From an uncultured Corynebacterium sp. (GTDB lineage Bacteria > Actinomycetota > Actinomycetes > Mycobacteriales > Mycobacteriaceae): a stretch of 64,000 bases of DNA. The notes beneath the pieces are model-generated. The model did no database searches. It was not told the DNA's origin and saw only the letters and a list, made by a program, of their open reading frames with translations. The position numbers and the translations under genes are program-made. This document shows, one piece after another, positions 40,054 to 49,175 of the stretch. Numbering within the stretch: position 1 is the stretch's first letter; each line of letters starts with the position of its first letter. The stretch is taken from assembly GCF_947253065.1 (NCBI RefSeq), contig NZ_CAMXWS010000003.1, positions 19,954-83,953 of the forward strand, read 5' to 3'.

Positions 40054-41637
40054 ATGGCTACCGATCCCGTCGTGCACACGACTTCCGGTCGGGTCCGCGG
40101 CATCGTGGATCCGACGACAGGCATGCGCACCTGGCGCGGCGTTCCGTATGGCGCGCCCACGGGCGGCCAGCGACGGTTCCGCGCGCCACAACCGCGTGAA
40201 CCGTGGGCAGGGGAGCTCGATGCGAGTCGCTTCGCACACCCAGCCATGCAGGGAACCTATGGCTGGAATGACCGCGTCAAAGGTACCGAGGACTGCCTCA
40301 CGCTGGATATCGTCCGGCCTGATACCGACGAGGAACTTCCCGTAGTCGTATACATGCACGGCGGAACATTTCTAACTGGTTCTTCGCACGAGAAGGTCCT
40401 GCAGGGACACCGCTTTGCTGAGGCCACTGACATCGTTTATGTCTCGCTGAATTTCCGGCTTGGCGTGCTGGGCTATTTGGATCTGCGCTCACTCGGCCCT
40501 GATTGTGTGGCCAATCCCGGCACGATGGATCAGATCCTGGCGCTTGAATGGGTGCGGGACAATATCGCGGAATTTGGTGGCGACCCAGACCGAGTGACCA
40601 TCATGGGTGAATCCGCGGGTGCAGCATCCGTCATCGCGCTGATGTGTGCGCCGTCCGCACGCGGTCTCTTCCACGGCGCTGTCGCCCAATCCGCACCCGC
40701 CGCCGCAGTTCACTCACGCATTCAGGCCGCAATGTGGGTGCGCAAGCTTCTCGACGGCATGGGCATGTCCCGCCTCTCCACCCTCGACGACCTGCGGGAG
40801 GTTGATGGCGAATCACTCGTCCGCGTGGGCAATTCCTTATTGATCCGCAGCGGGGAGCTGCCGTATTTGAACCTGGCATTTATGCCCACGGTCGATGGCG
40901 ATGTTCTGCCGCGCCATCCGATCGACACCTTCACCGATGATGAGCAGGCGCCAGTGCCACTGATCATTGGCTCGAATTCTGGGGAAGCCAGCTTCACCAA
41001 AGCGATGTACGTATTCAACCGCTCCCGGGAGCGCGCGGCACGTCGCATCTTGGAGGTCTTCGACCCGGATCATGCCGATGCGATCTTGGAAGCCTATAAC
41101 GGTGCGCAGACACGGTCCGATTTCGCGGAGCTGGTGGCCGATGCGGTGTTCTGGGCGCCGTCGGTACGCCTGGCCACCGAACACCGCCACTCAGCAGATG
41201 TGTGGATGTATCATTTCGATCACGCCGCACCCGCTATCCAAAGGCTCGGGATCGGGGCAGTGCACACCGCTGATCTTGAGGCCGTTTTTGGTGCCCCATA
41301 TTCCACCCCAGCTGGCCTCCTGCAACGTTTGGGTCCGATGGGTGATTTCGAGTCTGTCAGCGAGATGATGCAACGCAACTGGGGTGCCTTCTTCCACACC
41401 GGTCGCGTGGATGATGCTTGGCCTCTCTATGGTTTCCGTTCCGAAGACGCGCCGGGCCGGGCGACCGCGGTGATTCGTGCGGAATCGATCGTGGTGCGTG
41501 ACCCGAAGCCGGAGAAGCGCCGTGCGTGGGAAGGCTTCAAATTCACCAACTGGGGCACCGGCCGACCGGAAGTGTTGGAAAGCGTGACCGACTTCCTTGG
41601 ATTAGAACCTGAAGATTTAGAAGTTTTTGATACCTAA
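40054..41637 (+). CDS. carboxylesterase type B (para-nitrobenzyl esterase-like)
   Basis: GESAG nucleophile elbow, HGG oxyanion motif and EDCLTLDI signature. The track ORF starts 24 nt earlier. Confidence 0.85.
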   Translation: MATDPVVHTTSGRVRGIVDPTTGMRTWRGVPYGAPTGGQRRFRAPQPREPWAGELDASRFAHPAMQGTYGWNDRVKGTEDCLTLDIVRPDTDEELPVVVYMHGGTFLTGSSHEKVLQGHRFAEATDIVYVSLNFRLGVLGYLDLRSLGPDCVANPGTMDQILALEWVRDNIAEFGGDPDRVTIMGESAGAASVIALMCAPSARGLFHGAVAQSAPAAAVHSRIQAAMWVRKLLDGMGMSRLSTLDDLREVDGESLVRVGNSLLIRSGELPYLNLAFMPTVDGDVLPRHPIDTFTDDEQAPVPLIIGSNSGEASFTKAMYVFNRSRERAARRILEVFDPDHADAILEAYNGAQTRSDFAELVADAVFWAPSVRLATEHRHSADVWMYHFDHAAPAIQRLGIGAVHTADLEAVFGAPYSTPAGLLQRLGPMGDFESVSEMMQRNWGAFFHTGRVDDAWPLYGFRSEDAPGRATAVIRAESIVVRDPKPEKRRAWEGFKFTNWGTGRPEVLESVTDFLGLEPEDLEVFDT

Positions 41638-41747
41638 ATTTCTGATGTCAATCCCTGTGTAACCAGTGCGTAGTGTCGGCGACGTAGCTAGGCTGGTTCG
41701 CGCCAGGCCGAAAGTGTCTGAATTGCCAGCAGGAGGGAGCTGCCGTC

Positions 41748-42620
41748 ATGAGCTTTTTCGAGGACATCGCCGCAGGCCTTGATCGTGAAGGCATCGAATC
41801 ACGCGTGCACGACGACACCATGTTCGTGCCTATCACGTCCGATGTGGAGATCCACTTCGTTGAGATCGACCCATTGCTGCCAGCAGCCAACGTGTATATC
41901 GCTGCTGCTGATGTGGATGAAGATGATGATGAATTTGAGACCGTTTTGGTCTCCGTGGTCTTCTCCGTGGAAGATGCAGTTCAGACTGCTGCCAAGCACA
42001 TGGCCACTGATCAGGTGATCACTGTTCTCAGTGACTTGCTGGAGGGAACCGATGAGCGGATTGGTGACCTTGATTTCTTCCAGGACCCAATAAACCCGAA
42101 CCTCGTGCGCGCTGAGGTCGGCGAGAATGCTGAGCTGCAGGTCCAGGTTGAACTCGAAGACGGCACGCCGTGCGCCGCCGTCACGTTCATTGCGTTGCCG
42201 GAGACCTATGACGATCTGCTGGATGATGCGATTGGTGAGCTCTGGGAGTCCGACGGCGATGCCGAGCTCACCGATGAAGACCGCGAGCGTCTCTTCGCCA
42301 GTCTTCATGCCGAAGCGATCGCTGAGGTGGAAACCCTGGACCTGGGTACCTTCGTCGATTTTGATCGGCTTTTTGATGTCCTCTCACTCGCTGCCGACCA
42401 TGCCGAGGATTGGGAATCGCAGCTCCTCCCGTTCGACGACGATGAATTCGACGAACCGGACATCTACGATATCTTCGGCGCCGACGACCCAGATGATGAT
42501 GAGGATGTCGACTACGACGAGGACGATGACTTCGACTACGACGACGAAGATGACGACCTCGACGACGACGACGAGGACGAGGACGAAGGCGACGACGAGG
42601 AAGAGTCCGACGAGGGCTAG
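41748..42620 (+). CDS. highly acidic hypothetical protein with a poly-Asp/Glu tail
   Basis: The last ~60 residues are almost exclusively D/E (DDEDDDLDDDDEDEDEGDDEEESDEG). Confidence 0.45.
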   Translation: MSFFEDIAAGLDREGIESRVHDDTMFVPITSDVEIHFVEIDPLLPAANVYIAAADVDEDDDEFETVLVSVVFSVEDAVQTAAKHMATDQVITVLSDLLEGTDERIGDLDFFQDPINPNLVRAEVGENAELQVQVELEDGTPCAAVTFIALPETYDDLLDDAIGELWESDGDAELTDEDRERLFASLHAEAIAEVETLDLGTFVDFDRLFDVLSLAADHAEDWESQLLPFDDDEFDEPDIYDIFGADDPDDDEDVDYDEDDDFDYDDEDDDLDDDDEDEDEGDDEEESDEG

Positions 42621-43078
42621 GCGGCGGCCAGACCTTCAAACATGGAGGCGGGCGAGTAGACGGGGGTGAATGTGCCGTCGACAAGCCAGACAAACGTCGT
42701 GCCGGTCGGGGAGTAGACCTCGTGGACCGCACCGGCCATGGATGAAGGAACAAGTGCGCGGACCCATGCCTCGGCCAGGTCGCGGTCAACCGTGATGCCG
42801 GTGACATCGGTAAGACGTACTTCGATCAGGTAGGCCGGAATATGTGATTCGCCGTAGCCCTTGACGCGGGCCTGGGCGCGCGGGCCGACGCGGCGGCGGG
42901 TGACCGCCGCTTTCAGTTGTGGACCGTGCCCGATGCGGGGGAGCTCCCTTGTTGGCGGCCGCCAAGCCGGTGTTGGCCGGGCGAGCGAACGCGGGTGGTG
43001 GACCACCGCTTCGAAGCGGTTGAGGGCATCGGTGTGGGTGTTGCGGATCTGCTGGGCGAGTTCTCGTGTGTTCGTCAT
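42617..43078 (-). CDS. hypothetical protein
   Basis: 153-aa ORF divergent from the MFS transporter. A SOS-box-like dyad lies 45 bp upstream. Confidence 0.4.
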   Translation of the reverse strand: MTNTRELAQQIRNTHTDALNRFEAVVHHPRSLARPTPAWRPPTRELPRIGHGPQLKAAVTRRRVGPRAQARVKGYGESHIPAYLIEVRLTDVTGITVDRDLAEAWVRALVPSSMAGAVHEVYSPTGTTFVWLVDGTFTPVYSPASMFEGLAAA

Positions 43079-43122
43079 GGCTCACAAACTACGAGTCGTG
43101 GTGGACACACCATCCCAGCTAT

Positions 43123-43138
43123 TCGAACAGGATTTCGA
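43123..43138. promoter_or_regulatory. SOS-box-like dyad (TCGAAC-N4-TTTCGA)
   Basis: Matches the Corynebacterium/Mycobacterium LexA box TCGAAC-N4-GTTCGA with one mismatch. Sits in the divergent intergenic region. Confidence 0.3.
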
Positions 43139-43206
43139 ACTTGGGTGTGAATTGCGTGGTCAGCGAATGTCTTTATTGGGTTTAAAAGGGTAGCCTGTGG
43201 GGCGAT

Positions 43207-44496
43207 ATGACAACCCTTTTTCGACATGGCCGTTGGGCCGATCGCCGCCATCAGCGGGCTGAAGCCAAGGCAGCAAAACTGCAAAGAGAACCATTGCCAC
43301 CGATCCCACAAGAGATCTGGGTATTGGTTTCCGCGGCATTTTTGATCGCGCTGGGTTACGGTCTGATCGCGCCGATCATTCCGCAGTTCGCGGGCAGCTT
43401 CGGTGTGTCTATGGCTGCAGCGGCCGCAGTGGTGTCGGTGTTTTCGGTCGCGCGGTTGGTGGGGGCGCCGGGGGCGGGACGGCTCGTCGATAAGCTTGGC
43501 TCGCGCAAAATCTATATCTCCGGCCTGGTGATTGTGGCGGTGACCACTGGTTTGGTCGCTGTTGCGCAGGAGTATTGGCACATGATGCTGCTGCGTTTTC
43601 TGGCGGGGCTGGGCTCGACCATGTTCACGATTTCGGCGCAGGCACTGATTGTGAAGGTGGCGCCGCCGCAGATCCGTGGCAAGGCGAGCTCGACGTATGC
43701 GACGGCTTTCCTGCTGGGCAATATCATCGGCCCTGTCGTGGGCGCTGGCCTGTCGTTTTTGGGTATGCGCTGGCCTTTTGTGATTTATGGCGTTGCCGTG
43801 GGCCTGGCTGCATTTGTGGTGTGGGTGCGGTTGCCTAAGTCGGATCATGATTTGAACCGTGCAAAACGTCTTCCGCTGCGTTTGGATGAGGCACTGAGCA
43901 ATCCGAGCTACCGGAGCTTGCTCGCGTCGATGTTCTCCCAGGGCTGGGTGAATATGGGCGTGCGCGTGGCTATTTTGCCGCTGTTCGCGGCCTCCGTGTT
44001 CACTCATGGTGCTGCGATGTCGGGCCTGGCGCTCGCGGCTTTTGCTGCTGGCAACGCGATCACCCTGCAGTTCTCCGGACGGCTTGCGGATGAGATCGGC
44101 CGCAAGCCCATGATTCTGTCTGGCCTGGCCGTGACAGTGGTGGCCACCGCGACACTGGGCTTTGCCACGAGCTTCTGGCCACTGATCGCCCTGTCCGCGC
44201 TCGCTGGTGTCGGTGGCGGTCTGCTCGTGCCCAGCCAGCAAGCAACACTGGCGGACATCATCGGCAATGACCGTTCGGGTGGCAAGGCCTTGTCCTTGTT
44301 CCAGATGTGTGGCGATGCCGGCCAGGTACTCGGCCCGATCGTGATCGGCGCTCTGGCGGAGGCCTACGGTTTCCCTGTCGCATTCGCTGCGTGCGGTGCG
44401 ATCGCCGCTGGCGCCTTCACCGTCTGGGCGCTGATGGGGCAGGAGACCCACCCGATGCGCAACAACACAGTGGCGACCACCGCGAAGGAGAACTAG
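43207..44496 (+). CDS. MFS transporter
   Basis: 12 predicted TM helices. MFS motif A-like GRLVDKLGSRK between TM2 and TM3. Confidence 0.85.
   Translation: MTTLFRHGRWADRRHQRAEAKAAKLQREPLPPIPQEIWVLVSAAFLIALGYGLIAPIIPQFAGSFGVSMAAAAAVVSVFSVARLVGAPGAGRLVDKLGSRKIYISGLVIVAVTTGLVAVAQEYWHMMLLRFLAGLGSTMFTISAQALIVKVAPPQIRGKASSTYATAFLLGNIIGPVVGAGLSFLGMRWPFVIYGVAVGLAAFVVWVRLPKSDHDLNRAKRLPLRLDEALSNPSYRSLLASMFSQGWVNMGVRVAILPLFAASVFTHGAAMSGLALAAFAAGNAITLQFSGRLADEIGRKPMILSGLAVTVVATATLGFATSFWPLIALSALAGVGGGLLVPSQQATLADIIGNDRSGGKALSLFQMCGDAGQVLGPIVIGALAEAYGFPVAFAACGAIAAGAFTVWALMGQETHPMRNNTVATTAKEN
43485..43495 (-). repeat. 11-mer copy (reverse orientation)
   Basis: CGTCGATAAGC, read as L-V-D-K-L in the MFS transporter. 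Confidence 0.9.
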
Positions 44497-45500
44497 TGCG
44501 AATCATCTACGACTGCGACCCGGGCGTGGACGACACCTATGCGTTGATTTACCTCGCGGCCGCCGTGCACGCGGGTACCCACGAACTCGAATGCGTGACC
44601 ACCACCGCAGGCAATGTTGAGGCCGACCAGTGCGCACGCAATGCCGCATGGATTCTGTCGCTGTGCGGCCTGCCCATCATTCCGCTCGCCGCCGGCATTC
44701 CTGGCCCGATCGAGTGGGAGCTGACCACCACCCCGGAAACCCACGGCGACACTGGCCTGGGCTACGCGCACGCCCCCGACCGCCACGTTGAGCATGACTG
44801 GCACCGCCTCTGGATCGACGCGATCGAGCGCGGCACCGACGACCTTCATTTGATTGTCACCGGTCCCATGACCAACCTCGCCGCTTTTCAGCGCCTCCAC
44901 CCCGACCATTACGCCCAACTCCGCCACATCACGGTCATGGGTGGCGCGTTCAATTACCCCGGCAACACCACACCAACCGCCGAGTGGAATTTCTGGGTTG
45001 ACCCACACGCCGCCAAAGAAGTCTTCGCAAACGCCCCCGCATCGATCACCATCTGTCCCCTCAACGCCACGGAGCAGATGCTGCTGACCCCCGAGCGCCT
45101 CGACCGCATCACACACACCCTCGGCACCGCACCGATCGCCACACAGCTCGACCCGATCACCCGCTTCTACTTCGAGTTCCACGAGGACATGGGGGAGGGC
45201 TACCAAGCCCAGATCCACGACCTGTTCACCGTGCTCACCGCTACCGGCGCGATCACCACCGAATCCCAGCTGACCACCGTCGACGTTGAAGCCGACAGCG
45301 AGCTGACCCGCGGCACATCCGTCGCCGACACCAAAGACTTCTGGGAACGCGAACCCAATGCCCACATCATCCCAAGCACCGACACCGCCACCATCGAACA
45401 CGCATGGTCGCTTTTCGACGACGCCTGCCACATCCTCTCCCGCATCGCCACCGGCGACGCCGCCCTGGAGAAGCTCCGGCACCTGCGGGCGGAGGATTGA
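44496..45500 (+). CDS. inosine-uridine-preferring nucleoside hydrolase
   Basis: GTG start overlapping the MFS stop (TAGTG). DCDPGVDD aspartate-cluster motif of IU-nucleoside hydrolases. Confidence 0.85.
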   Translation: MRIIYDCDPGVDDTYALIYLAAAVHAGTHELECVTTTAGNVEADQCARNAAWILSLCGLPIIPLAAGIPGPIEWELTTTPETHGDTGLGYAHAPDRHVEHDWHRLWIDAIERGTDDLHLIVTGPMTNLAAFQRLHPDHYAQLRHITVMGGAFNYPGNTTPTAEWNFWVDPHAAKEVFANAPASITICPLNATEQMLLTPERLDRITHTLGTAPIATQLDPITRFYFEFHEDMGEGYQAQIHDLFTVLTATGAITTESQLTTVDVEADSELTRGTSVADTKDFWEREPNAHIIPSTDTATIEHAWSLFDDACHILSRIATGDAALEKLRHLRAED

Positions 45501-45801
45501 CCTTTCGTCAACCGAACCTCGGTCCATTCACCTGTGGTGCACTTTTCTTAACTGATTATTCACTCAGCGCTAAAAGCCGATTTGCAATAACTGTGCAGTG
45601 GATAAGCGAAGATGCTTAGCCTTAGTCATTGGAGAGGTAAATGCGGAGAGCTTAAGTACTTTGCCAATTTGAGCTGCGATATTCTGCAACTCAAAACATG
45701 AAGGTTGGGGCGGAAGCCTCCCCACAGCCCCAAACTTCGTACCGAGCCGAAAGCACAAACGGCTACACCACTACACGGGACTTGGCCGACTTGAGTTAGC
45801 G

Positions 45802-46620
45802 CTATTCGAAACTCGGTTCCGAAGTATGACGCAGGGTGATTTCTGCTGTTCGATACCAGTAACAACTTGCGGCTTTATAATCTTGAGTTTCGCGGTAGAT
45901 GATTACGTAGCCTGGCAAGGCAGTCGCCTGCCAGCCGTCGGGTAAAGACCAGATTATTGACTCGATCCATTCATCGATTGTCGTGGGGCTTTCGACATGC
46001 GGAGCAACTGCAAAATCGTTTTCTAGGTCTGGGTGGCTTTCAAAACGAATGTTAAAAGGCGCTGCTCTCTTGAGTGAACCCAGAACTTCTTCAACGGTTG
46101 TATTTTTAGCTCCGCTCATGGTTTGCCCGTCGGGAATAAAATTAAGGTCGATGGGGTATAGGGCATCAAAATGATTACGCTTAACCAGGGTTCTATCTCT
46201 ATTGCGTCCTGGATCCTTGTTGCCAAACCCATTGGTGTTCCACGGCACTGACCCTTCTTTTCTGTATCCGTCAATCAACATCTTTTCTGGAGCCGCCGCA
46301 TCCAGATCCTCATCGACGTAGACAGCTTTAAATCGGATTTGCTCAAGGGATAACCCTTTTCTCCCCGAAATCTTTAACATGTGCTGGCTTAAGCGAGCGC
46401 GTAGGTCAGACTTGGCCTTTCCCACATAAACCCTCGCCAAAGAGCCGCGATCATATTTGAATAGTTCGTACACTCCGGACCGGGGCTCCAACTTACTTAC
46501 ATTATTTGGCTGAAGTGTGGCGGTTTCAATGCCCTGAAGGGTCTCATGTAACTGAGTAGCTAGTGCCTTCGTGATACTGAGTTTAAAATCGGCGATGAAT
46601 GGTTGGTTGGGTTTTGCCAT
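45802..46620 (-). CDS. type II restriction endonuclease, GIY-YIG family (Eco29kI-like)
   Basis: SGVYELF...(10)...YVGKA GIY-YIG block. Lies immediately downstream of a C5-methyltransferase in a low-GC island. Confidence 0.55.
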   Translation of the reverse strand: MAKPNQPFIADFKLSITKALATQLHETLQGIETATLQPNNVSKLEPRSGVYELFKYDRGSLARVYVGKAKSDLRARLSQHMLKISGRKGLSLEQIRFKAVYVDEDLDAAAPEKMLIDGYRKEGSVPWNTNGFGNKDPGRNRDRTLVKRNHFDALYPIDLNFIPDGQTMSGAKNTTVEEVLGSLKRAAPFNIRFESHPDLENDFAVAPHVESPTTIDEWIESIIWSLPDGWQATALPGYVIIYRETQDYKAASCYWYRTAEITLRHTSEPSFE

Positions 46621-47847
46621 CTAAATCACCTGCAAGGATGACTCGTGAGTAACTTTCTCTCTTCTTGTCAATGATTTGTGGACCGATGACGTGACGATAT
46701 GCGCCAATTCAACAGGCACAGCGTTGCCTAGTTGCCGCATTACTTCTCCCCAGGCTCCGTGGAGAACATAGTCATCTGGAAAAGTTTGGATACGCGCAGC
46801 TTCTCGTACAGTGAAATAGCGAACGGATCCATCTGGAAACCTAATCATATTTTCGCCTCCAGGAACTCCGTGCGCGCCCGCTTTCAAAGCCTTGCTGGGA
46901 GCATCGATAGGTGATCCATTGTGCCCTGGGTAGATCTTTGCGCCAGGCCGGAAATCATGGTCGGGCCAATCGGTTGAGGAACCCGTAGTAGGGTCGGGCA
47001 GATCCTGAAGTGCATCGCGAACTGTTCGCCAGCGCTTCAATCCGTCTTCTTCTGCGCGGTTGCGAATTGGAACTCGATCCTTTTCCGGAATGCGGTGCTC
47101 TTCCCAGTAGCTTCCATCGGCTTGGGCAGTTGCTAGCGCCTTACCGCTATGGGTTTGCGTGGGGAACTCCCAATCTGCGTCCACATCGTCTCGGAATCCA
47201 ATTAGGAAGACGCGATGTCGGTGCTGGGGGACACCATAGTCTGCTGCATTTACAAGACGAGACACGACTTTGTAGCGAAGGTCGCTATGAACGTGAAGAT
47301 GTTCCTTTTCTAAGCGTGCATAGTGCTCGTGCCATAATTCTCCTTCACGCGATCGAAGTTCGGGGTGGCTCAAACGGAGCTTGACGTATTCGAAATAGTC
47401 CGCAAATGTCGAGCGGGTCAATCCTTTGACATTCTCTATCACAAAAGCTCTTGGCATGAGTTTCTCAATTACCGACGTAGCGGCTGGAAACATATCGCGA
47501 GGGTCGTCAGCGCTCCTGGCTAGGCCACCGAGGGAGAACGGCTGGCATGGTGGCCCGCCGGTCACGACATCGATTTCGCCGGGTTGTGCATGTTCAGTCC
47601 ACTTAACGTCGCGCACGTCGCCTTCTAGGATACGGACCCCTCTTATTAGAGGATGCCCGTTACTAGAGTTTTCTCGCATTGTTTGGCATGCCCACATATC
47701 CCATTCAGATGCAATTACGTGATTGATTCCGGCTTTGGATGATCCGAGCAAGAGGCCACCGCCGCCCGCGAAGAGCTCAATACCTTTTAGCTTTTGAGTT
47801 TTAACTCTGGCGTTCCTCGAATGGGTCATGCGGATATCTTTACACAC
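46621..47847 (-). CDS. DNA (cytosine-5)-methyltransferase
   Basis: Motif I LFAGGGG, motif IV GPPCQPFS and motif VI ENV. Low-GC DNA. Confidence 0.9.
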   Translation of the reverse strand: MCKDIRMTHSRNARVKTQKLKGIELFAGGGGLLLGSSKAGINHVIASEWDMWACQTMRENSSNGHPLIRGVRILEGDVRDVKWTEHAQPGEIDVVTGGPPCQPFSLGGLARSADDPRDMFPAATSVIEKLMPRAFVIENVKGLTRSTFADYFEYVKLRLSHPELRSREGELWHEHYARLEKEHLHVHSDLRYKVVSRLVNAADYGVPQHRHRVFLIGFRDDVDADWEFPTQTHSGKALATAQADGSYWEEHRIPEKDRVPIRNRAEEDGLKRWRTVRDALQDLPDPTTGSSTDWPDHDFRPGAKIYPGHNGSPIDAPSKALKAGAHGVPGGENMIRFPDGSVRYFTVREAARIQTFPDDYVLHGAWGEVMRQLGNAVPVELAHIVTSSVHKSLTRREKVTHESSLQVI

Positions 47848-47856
47848 TGCAATTTT

Positions 47857-48300
47857 TTCGAATAGTTGAATAGCCTTTTATGCGAACTTACTGGAGGGCC
47901 TAGATAGGATTGGGAGTTCGGAATCAAGCACCGTGCTCTTCTGGATGACTGTAACGCTCTGACTTCGTGATTGCCTTTTGATTGGCTTTCAGGCTGAAAC
48001 GCGTGCGCGAGTTGTAATGCACGAAGATTTTGGTTCGGTCGATGGGCATGAGGGGCACATTTGAATTTACTGTTTCCGGGCTTGGACTCGAGCCTGTCGA
48101 GAATTTCAGATGGTGTATGGCCCGCGATCGTCCTTAAGAGGAGATCGGTTGTGAGTTTCGTGACATTGAGGCTTAAACACAGCCCTTGCCGCTTGAAACA
48201 GCGTTGACACGGAGAGGTTTGCGCTCGTTGTCTGGTTATTATCGCAGTACGTATTATCCAAGGCTTTCTACATCGTGCTCTTGAAGTCACTGTCCTTGCC
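47857..48300 (-). pseudogene. vsr: very-short-patch repair endonuclease (vsr) remnant
   Basis: Minus-strand frames give IGKDSDFKSTM*KAL (compare Vsr IRGKDTKPELLVRRAL) and LMPIDRTKIFVH (compare VLPRYRTVVFVHG). There is no start codon, an in-frame TAG, and the CFWH block is lost. Confidence 0.4.
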
Positions 48301-48725
48301 GATTCTTGGCTTGCAGACTCTTTTCTACGTTGACTTACTGTCTATTAGTTTTTTCGTTCTACTTATCATCGTTCGATGTGTTGGGCGCTGCTGTGAGCCC
48401 AGTCGCTGCTGGTTGTAGTCGTGAGTGACCAGACGTCTCCGTCGATAGTCTTTTTCGCATAACTGAAGCCAATGTGGGAGTTACCCCTTCGGTCAGGTTG
48501 AACGAGGCGGAGTCATAAGCGTAGTCGGCGACGATATTGTTGAAGATGATGTGGATTTGCATGGCAAGGGGGACGAGAATGCTCCGGGAAATGGATCAAC
48601 TGTCGTGACTTGCGACTATTCGTTCTCCTTACAAGTGAGCAAATGTAGGGCACCGATGGTTCCCCGCAGCGGTTATGATGAGCGCATTCGATTCCGCTTT
48701 ATTGCTGAGCTAAGGACCGTGTGAG

Positions 48726-49151
48726 ATGAGCACCCAGCCGACGGCACCGCGTCAACAGTCTGACCTTGCGCAACGGCCGAAATTGTTATTCAAGGTCGTT
48801 GCGTGGGTGTGCGTTGCGTGGGGTGTGGTGGCCATCTTCGCGGGAGTATTCCCGGGTGATGTTGAGATGAGCACCCTGAATCGTTTCGGGATGGTGCTAT
48901 TCGGTCTGATCTTCATCATCCCGGCGGTGCGGTGGATGTATTGCTCCGCCGAGGATGTGAAGGCGATCGAGGCCTATGAGGAATCGCTGCGGACCAATGA
49001 GTCGCTTGTTCATCTGCTCACTGAGGAAGATAAGCGGATCCTGCAGGGGATGGGCGGGATTCAGCCGCCAAAGCGCACGAAGCGTCACTGGAAGATCATG
49101 GTGGGTATCTGCATCGCGCTGTTCGCCGCGATGATTCCACTGATGCAGTAG
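48726..49151 (+). CDS. hypothetical membrane protein
   Basis: Three predicted transmembrane segments. Confidence 0.4.
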   Translation: MSTQPTAPRQQSDLAQRPKLLFKVVAWVCVAWGVVAIFAGVFPGDVEMSTLNRFGMVLFGLIFIIPAVRWMYCSAEDVKAIEAYEESLRTNESLVHLLTEEDKRILQGMGGIQPPKRTKRHWKIMVGICIALFAAMIPLMQ

Positions 49152-49175
49152 GTACCGCGCGCAGGCAGCGGAGTT

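Noticed and set aside
45801-45820. TTCGAAACTCGGTTCCGAA imperfect dyad at the 3' end of the restriction endonuclease gene
   Set aside because: Weak, imperfect symmetry inside low-GC DNA. It does not match the SOS-box consensus well enough.
45570-45865. Small ORFs at the left edge of the low-GC island. Possible integrase or tRNA attachment site.
   Set aside because: No tRNA-like cloverleaf, no recombinase motifs and no direct repeats flanking the island could be identified by eye.
47826-48290. 154-aa Arg-rich ORF upstream of the methyltransferase
   Set aside because: Low-complexity translation. The same interval in other frames carries Vsr-like blocks, so it is better explained as a vsr pseudogene.
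48359-48562. 67-aa ORF in the AT-rich part of the island
   Set aside because: No motif, no RBS, and not conserved-looking. It is probably non-coding island remnant.
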